Assembly (NCBI GenBank): GCA_020057115.1
Contig: JAGVGJ010000018.1
Span: 6,067 to 70,066, forward strand
DNA length: 64,000 nucleotides
Direction of reading: 5' to 3'
From: Candidatus Omnitrophota bacterium
GTDB lineage: Bacteria; Omnitrophota; Gorgyraeia; 2-01-FULL-45-10
The notes under the pieces: generated by a model
Told to the model about the DNA's origin: nothing
What the model saw: only the letters and a program-made list of their open reading frames with translations
Database searches by the model: none
Shown here: positions 58,765 through 64,000 of the stretch, in pieces
Numbering within the stretch: the first letter of the stretch is position 1
Layout of the letters: each line of letters starts with the position of its first letter
Made by a program: the position numbers and the translations under genes

Positions 58765-59928
58765 CTCATATATCGAGAGACCGAATTTTGAAGACAAATT
58801 TTCGGCCGCTAGTGCTTCGCAGCGCTTTTGAAGGGCCGGGCCTTCTTTGATAAGTAATTCTAGTTCTTTAACAGATCTTGCATATGATCCTTCATCTAAA
58901 CACCTTACAACAACCCCTACCCTATTCTTTATTATCATATCTTCCACATCTCCCATCCCGGCGTTTATCACTATGGGAAGGCCTGCGGCAAGATATTCGG
59001 CGATCTTTATTGGGAATGAGTCGAGCCGTTCGTTAGGACACTTGAAGAGGACGCCTGCTGTAGCGCCCCAAAGATTCTTCGGAACATCTTTGTATGCGGC
59101 TTTCGTAACGGTGACACCATCCAGGCCCTTATCTTTGGCGATGCGCGCAACCAACCCTTCCTTATCGTCTGTCAGGAACAGGCACTCCGAATTCAAACGC
59201 GCAGTCTTTAACGCCTTGAAGAGGTCGAGCATCTCGGGTATCATATACCATCCTGACAATGAACCCAGGTACACAAGCCGCATGTCGCCGCCCGGCTGCA
59301 CATAGGCATGTTCTTTTTTCTCTTCGAAACGCTGGACATCGACGCAGCACGGAAGGACCGTTATTCTTGGGACTTTCTTGCGGCCGCCAAAAAGCTTCTC
59401 AAGCTCTTCCTTGTGAGTTCTGGTCTCGACAATGACCTCGTCGGAATTAAGTACGCATAACTTTTCGAGGGATACAAGCATCCGGTATGTGATGGACTCC
59501 CGTTTTATCCTGCCATTCAGCCTGTAAGCCTCGGCGAGAGAGCTCTTCATGTCGAATATGAACTTCACGCCAGCGAGCTTAGCGGGGATCATGGCTATGC
59601 ATGCGCCCATTATCCCGCGAGCATGGATAATCTTTATCTTCTTTGTAAGGCATGCCCACAAAACGACTATCGAACCTATCTTTATATCAAACCACTTTGC
59701 CAGGAGAAGGGGCCTGGAGTGGAACTTAAGCCTTATCCATTCTATCCCGGCATCATTTAACTGCTTTGATATGTCGGCGCCTTGCGAAAAGTCTTTTTCA
59801 AATGATAAAAAATAGAACTTTATCCCTATTTGCGATAATGCAGATATATAAGGCAGGACCTGCGACCTGACCAGAGGCTCTGTCGCCGCATTGTATGATA
59901 CGAATAAAGCCTTCTTATCTTTTGGCAT
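58738..59928 (-). CDS. GT4 family (GT-B) glycosyltransferase
   Basis: 396 aa with a GT-B fold and a C-terminal donor-binding region (…EYLAAGLPIVINAGMGDVEDMI…). Confidence 0.7.
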   Translation of the reverse strand: MPKDKKALFVSYNAATEPLVRSQVLPYISALSQIGIKFYFLSFEKDFSQGADISKQLNDAGIEWIRLKFHSRPLLLAKWFDIKIGSIVVLWACLTKKIKIIHARGIMGACIAMIPAKLAGVKFIFDMKSSLAEAYRLNGRIKRESITYRMLVSLEKLCVLNSDEVIVETRTHKEELEKLFGGRKKVPRITVLPCCVDVQRFEEKKEHAYVQPGGDMRLVYLGSLSGWYMIPEMLDLFKALKTARLNSECLFLTDDKEGLVARIAKDKGLDGVTVTKAAYKDVPKNLWGATAGVLFKCPNERLDSFPIKIAEYLAAGLPIVINAGMGDVEDMIIKNRVGVVVRCLDEGSYARSVKELELLIKEGPALQKRCEALAAENLSSKFGLSIYEAVYKRILR

Positions 59929-61393
59929 CGGTCTTATTTAACTTTCTAAGTCTAAAAAATGCGTTCACGGTCTTAACGCCTGTGCCCCAGAACTGAGTAG
60001 CCAGGAGGAATATAAGCCTGACGGGATTCTTCATATTATCTTTTATGAAGTTCTTGAGATTTGTAGGAAGGATGACCTTGAAACGGGCCAGTAAATACAT
60101 CTTCTCAAAATCTTCTTTCGACATGGCGGCGTAAGATACGCTCGACATCACCGGGTCGCCTATCTCGTCCCACGGAGGTATGGGCTTGCCGGACTCCTTA
60201 AGTTCCTTATAAACGCTTGTCCCGGGAAGCGGCATAAATATATTGAAGCCGACGTTCGAAGGCTTTATCTTTTCAAGGAACTTTATGGTCTCGGCAAAGT
60301 CCTCTTTAGTCTCGCCTGGATAACCGACTATGATATTCGCTTGAAAACGCATGCCGGCCTTTCTGGTAAGAAGCGCGGCCTGGGTATTCTCTTCGACCTT
60401 CGAGACCTTATTCATGGCATCCAGGATCCTTTGGCTGCCGGACTCAAAACCGTATTCGACCCCGACACAGCCGGCGCGCTTCATGAGCTCGAGCATGGCC
60501 GGATCTATGACATTGACCCTCGCCTGGGCGAACCACTTTAGCTTCTTCGACCACGGCTGTTTTATAAATTCTTCAAGGAGCTCTGTCGCGCGCTTCTTCG
60601 ATGCAAGGAACATGTCCTCGGCGAAATAGAGGGCCTCCGCATTATATTTATTCACCAGGTTGTCTATCTCGGCGATTACCCTTTTCGTTGAATGGTAACG
60701 TACTTTGCCGGGGAATACTATGGGCCCGGCGCAGAAATTACATCTATAGGGACAGCCGCGCGCTGTAAAGATAGACGTGGTCCTAAGGCTCAGGTTCCTA
60801 GACGTGAATCTGCTCGGCCTTAAGTAGAATTCCATGTCGAGCAAGTGGTGCGCGGGCAGCGGCAGGCTGTCCAGGTCTATGATATGCGGCCGCGGATCGT
60901 TCAGCGAGACCTTCCCGTCTTTTCGGTAAGCTATACCTTTTAAGTCCGGAAGTTTTGTGCCTCTCAAGAGATCGAGCCAGGTCTCCTCACCCTCGCCTGC
61001 CATGGCGATATCGAGACTGGAAAATTCTTCAAGCGTCTCTACCGGAAGGGCTGTCGCATGCGGCCCGCCTATGACGATCAGCGTCTCCGGGGTCTCGCGT
61101 TTTATCATCTTCGAGATATCGTTCACGTCGAGCATATTGGGCGTAGTTGCGCTGATCCCGATGAAGTCGGGATTAAAATTATTTATTTCGGACATCATGA
61201 CTTCGTCCGTCTTGTTGAAATCAAGCCCCTCCTTCCTCAAAACGACATCCCTGTCAAAGATCTTGACGGCATGGCCCGCCTTCTCCATGACAGCTGCGAT
61301 ATAGGCCAGGCCAAGCGGCGGCCAGAACTGCTTATTCTCATCGACCTTTGCCCTTTTTCGGGAAAGGAGCGGATATATCAGGAATATCTTCAT
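59915..61393 (-). CDS. B12-binding (class B) radical SAM enzyme
   Basis: 492 aa with an N-terminal B12-binding-like domain and a CPYRCNFC motif. It is the fourth paralog in the window. Confidence 0.8.
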   Translation of the reverse strand: MKIFLIYPLLSRKRAKVDENKQFWPPLGLAYIAAVMEKAGHAVKIFDRDVVLRKEGLDFNKTDEVMMSEINNFNPDFIGISATTPNMLDVNDISKMIKRETPETLIVIGGPHATALPVETLEEFSSLDIAMAGEGEETWLDLLRGTKLPDLKGIAYRKDGKVSLNDPRPHIIDLDSLPLPAHHLLDMEFYLRPSRFTSRNLSLRTTSIFTARGCPYRCNFCAGPIVFPGKVRYHSTKRVIAEIDNLVNKYNAEALYFAEDMFLASKKRATELLEEFIKQPWSKKLKWFAQARVNVIDPAMLELMKRAGCVGVEYGFESGSQRILDAMNKVSKVEENTQAALLTRKAGMRFQANIIVGYPGETKEDFAETIKFLEKIKPSNVGFNIFMPLPGTSVYKELKESGKPIPPWDEIGDPVMSSVSYAAMSKEDFEKMYLLARFKVILPTNLKNFIKDNMKNPVRLIFLLATQFWGTGVKTVNAFFRLRKLNKTDAKR

Positions 61394-62757
61394 TTGACCT
61401 TCCCCCGATCCTTGAAGTCACTGATCTTAACCATCCCATAAGCGGCGAATATGATAAAAACAGGGACTATCATGTCTCTGTGCCTCAGGAGCGTCTCGTA
61501 ATTTGCCTCGGAAAGCCCGATCGTAGAGCTGAACAGCACTGCAACCATGATGAGGGACAGCCTCTCTATCGTCATCTTTTTAAAGCAGGTGCAGACGCCT
61601 GCTGCGGCAAAAACGAGCACCGCATACCAGGCAAGCATCTGCGGCATCACTATAGCCTGGCCGGCCTTATGGAATGCGAAAAGCGATGGTTCGAATAGAA
61701 ACACATACATGGCATTCAGATATCCCGTAAATAGCTGAGGGATGGATATGGCATCCGGCGACATGGCTTTTCCCAGATTTGCATACGAGTAGTAGCTGTC
61801 CGGCAGCAGCCTGAAGGTAAATCCTCCGAGATAGCTCAGCCCCAGATGATAATTCAGCATCAATGCCAGTTTTGTCCTGATAAAAGTGAGGAGCTTGTCG
61901 CTCACCGGCTGGCAAGCGAGCAGCGCTCCGGCGAATGTAAAGGCTACCCATCTGTAGGAATATGCGAACCTGATAAACAGATACAACAGAAGGAACGCGA
62001 TAAGGACGAGCATCGCATTTATCCTTAAAAAATATAAAAACATCAAGCCTACGAATATCCAGACGGCCGCCATGATCAGCTCTTTCGCATTTTCTGTCTT
62101 TCTGATTCGCAGTATCTGTGATATGACCAGAATGGTCGCTAGATTTATCAAAGTGTCTCGCTGGAGGCTAGACGAATAAAGAACGAAGGAAGGCATAAAA
62201 AGCGCTATGGCGAAAGATATGCGGCCGACCTGCTCATCAAAAACCCTGGAAGCGATACGATATGTTATAAAAGCGGTGAGAACGCTTATGCCTCCCATAA
62301 AAAATCGTAACAAAACAGGCGCATAGCCGAATAAAAAATAGAACCAGCCTATTATGTAAGAATACAGCCCAACCCCATACCTTCCCATCGACGGCAATAA
62401 ACCTTCGAAATTCACGATAGTCCCAAACAGGCCGCCTATAATGGAATAGTCGTTCGGCACATATATGGCGGGCAGGATAAAAACATTTAACCCTTTTAAT
62501 ACAAGCGCTATGTACCATCCCATTATGGAGTAAGCCTCGCCGTCAAAAGCATACAAGGGCCTCTTTAAAGCCTCGACAAATATATGGTAATATGCGGTGC
62601 TGAAACAGAACCGCACAAAAAGCGCAAAGATAGCAAGTTTTAAGCAAAACACCGAACTCTTCTCTTCTCTGAATAACTTTCTTAGCATCCTCTGCACCTC
62701 ATCCGGAACATCCAGGAAAAAGATATCCCGAGCATTAGCATAAATATTCCGCCGCAC
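61390..62757 (-). CDS. Polytopic integral membrane protein (possible GT-C glycosyltransferase or polymerase)
   Basis: 455 aa with 12 or more hydrophobic helices. The start may be the internal Met at 62688. Function is unassigned. Confidence 0.4.
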   Translation of the reverse strand: MRRNIYANARDIFFLDVPDEVQRMLRKLFREEKSSVFCLKLAIFALFVRFCFSTAYYHIFVEALKRPLYAFDGEAYSIMGWYIALVLKGLNVFILPAIYVPNDYSIIGGLFGTIVNFEGLLPSMGRYGVGLYSYIIGWFYFLFGYAPVLLRFFMGGISVLTAFITYRIASRVFDEQVGRISFAIALFMPSFVLYSSSLQRDTLINLATILVISQILRIRKTENAKELIMAAVWIFVGLMFLYFLRINAMLVLIAFLLLYLFIRFAYSYRWVAFTFAGALLACQPVSDKLLTFIRTKLALMLNYHLGLSYLGGFTFRLLPDSYYSYANLGKAMSPDAISIPQLFTGYLNAMYVFLFEPSLFAFHKAGQAIVMPQMLAWYAVLVFAAAGVCTCFKKMTIERLSLIMVAVLFSSTIGLSEANYETLLRHRDMIVPVFIIFAAYGMVKISDFKDRGKVK

Positions 62758-64000
62758 AGATAGAGCGACTCGTAAAGCCCCTTCGGCTTAAAGATAAACC
62801 GCACAAACCTGTCGCCCCTCTTCACTTCGACGCCCCTGAAAGCATAGTCAGCCTTCATGACTTTTCGCTCTTTTCCGTCAACATACGCCCGCCATCCCGG
62901 GAAATATGTGTCCGACGCGACAAGCGTACCTGAAGATTTACCTCCGACATCCAGCAATATATCGCTTGGGCCGTACTTTTTTATTTCAGGGTATGTTATG
63001 CCTTTTTGGCCGCTTGCGTAACCGGAAATATCGCTATCCGATACAACCGCTTCCTTCAAAGGATCGAAAGCATCGTCTTGCAATATCCTCCACGCCTCTT
63101 CCGTGTCTTTAGCCAAATGCACCGCGCCTGTCACGAATACGCGCGGCATAACCTTTTCATTCTTATAGATCTTTATCTCTTTATCGTAGACGAGCTGCCA
63201 TCGGTCGGAAGATATGGGGCTCTTCGACATCAGGTATTTCACATTAAGGAATGGGAGGAATCTGCTGTCATGATCATTGAAACGCTCAACCACGATCTCG
63301 TCCGGCTTATCGCCCATTATGAAGCGGTAATACCACCTGGCCTGACCGATATTCTCATAACCTCTTACATCATAAAATCCATATAGCATCCCCGTGTTCG
63401 GGGGATATAGGTCGCCCCTGGGCGACTTATCTCTTTCGGAATAACCCAGGACGCGATACAGAGATCCATCTTTAGATAAAAATTCAGACGACGGCGTCTC
63501 CGGGAATGTGTTCTCAGGCTTTGAATAAGCCGGGAATGCCAGGCCATAATAGAGGAGATCAAATGCCAGGAATATAAGCGCGGCCGTCTGCCAGAACTTT
63601 TTCCTGCCAAAACTTAGGATACACATGATAAGTACCATCGATATCGATGCAAAAGCTATTGGCACCATAGCTTCCCGCGAAAACAAGAGGCTGCTGTTTT
63701 CCTTCTTAAGCATGTTAAGGTATTCCACGAACTTGTAAATACTCTTCAGACTATGCGACCGATCGAATACCATCGAAGAGGCGCTTCTCTCGACCGATAC
63801 GAGGGACGAGCCGATCTTCTTCGAGTCTATATTCGAGAGTATACCGAGCCCAAGGAATACCATGACTATTAATAAAAATACGACGAGCGTTGTCCGCCCC
63901 ATCGCCTTCTTCTTCAGACCCTCGCCAGATATAGCGGTAGCGCCCCATCCTGCCATGACAGCCATTGAGAATGCATAGATCGTCGTGAGCCTGTAATGGT
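62682..64000 (-). CDS. YfhO-family membrane protein. The 5' end lies beyond the window edge.
   Basis: The C-terminal domain (…YFPGWRAYVDGKERKVMKADYAFRGVEV…) resembles the YfhO C-terminus. The reading frame stays open past 64000 with no stop upstream of the listed Met. Confidence 0.55.
   Translation of the reverse strand, partial: HYRLTTIYAFSMAVMAGWGATAISGEGLKKKAMGRTTLVVFLLIVMVFLGLGILSNIDSKKIGSSLVSVERSASSMVFDRSHSLKSIYKFVEYLNMLKKENSSLLFSREAMVPIAFASISMVLIMCILSFGRKKFWQTAALIFLAFDLLYYGLAFPAYSKPENTFPETPSSEFLSKDGSLYRVLGYSERDKSPRGDLYPPNTGMLYGFYDVRGYENIGQARWYYRFIMGDKPDEIVVERFNDHDSRFLPFLNVKYLMSKSPISSDRWQLVYDKEIKIYKNEKVMPRVFVTGAVHLAKDTEEAWRILQDDAFDPLKEAVVSDSDISGYASGQKGITYPEIKKYGPSDILLDVGGKSSGTLVASDTYFPGWRAYVDGKERKVMKADYAFRGVEVKRGDRFVRFIFKPKGLYESLYLCGGIFMLMLGISFSWMFRMRCRGC

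Overview
The window is a 64 kb, almost entirely single-strand (minus) gene array from a probable diderm (Gram-negative-type) anaerobe with roughly 50% GC. It has two parts. At 1-13.3 kb there is a housekeeping block: GAPDH (3' end cut by the window edge), two tandem GalT-like HIT transferases, a CBS-domain protein of unknown function, fmt, a polytopic spermidine-synthase-like membrane protein, a TPR/PMT-like membrane protein, priA, a family-4 uracil-DNA glycosylase and a GT28 diacylglycerol glycolipid synthase. From about 13.3 kb to the window end there is a roughly 50 kb cell-envelope glycan supercluster. It carries LPS-type genes (gmhB, a GT9 heptosyltransferase, a WaaL-like ligase, a WecA-like initiating transferase, an SDR epimerase, a Wzx-like flippase). 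It has at least 14 GT2 and GT4 glycosyltransferases, including a tandem pair and a tandem triplet of GT2 paralogs. It has four class-B (B12-binding) radical SAM enzymes, one SPASM radical SAM and five class-I SAM methyltransferases. It also has a CE4 deacetylase, an SGNH hydrolase, a FemAB-like transferase, asnB, cysDN (APS synthesis), two alkaline-phosphatase-superfamily phosphodiesterases, a NitT/TauT-type ABC transporter, an outer-membrane porin, a MarR/GbsR-like regulator with a textbook sigma70 promoter and palindromic operator, and a YfhO-family membrane protein that runs off the window end. I found no CRISPR array, prophage, transposase, or recognisable tRNA or rRNA gene. The most unusual DNA-level features are three. 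First, a 448-nt non-coding gap (9069-9516) holds a nested, about 200-nt imperfect palindrome plus two further hairpins. Second, a GGGG..AGGTCTG palindromic arm motif recurs at a second intergenic hairpin (15833-15880). Third, a 30-nt (AGGGTCC)n heptanucleotide repeat block (28/30 nt identical) sits immediately 5' of the start codons of two adjacent GT2 paralogs. All functional calls rest on protein-motif recognition by eye. No database searches were run.
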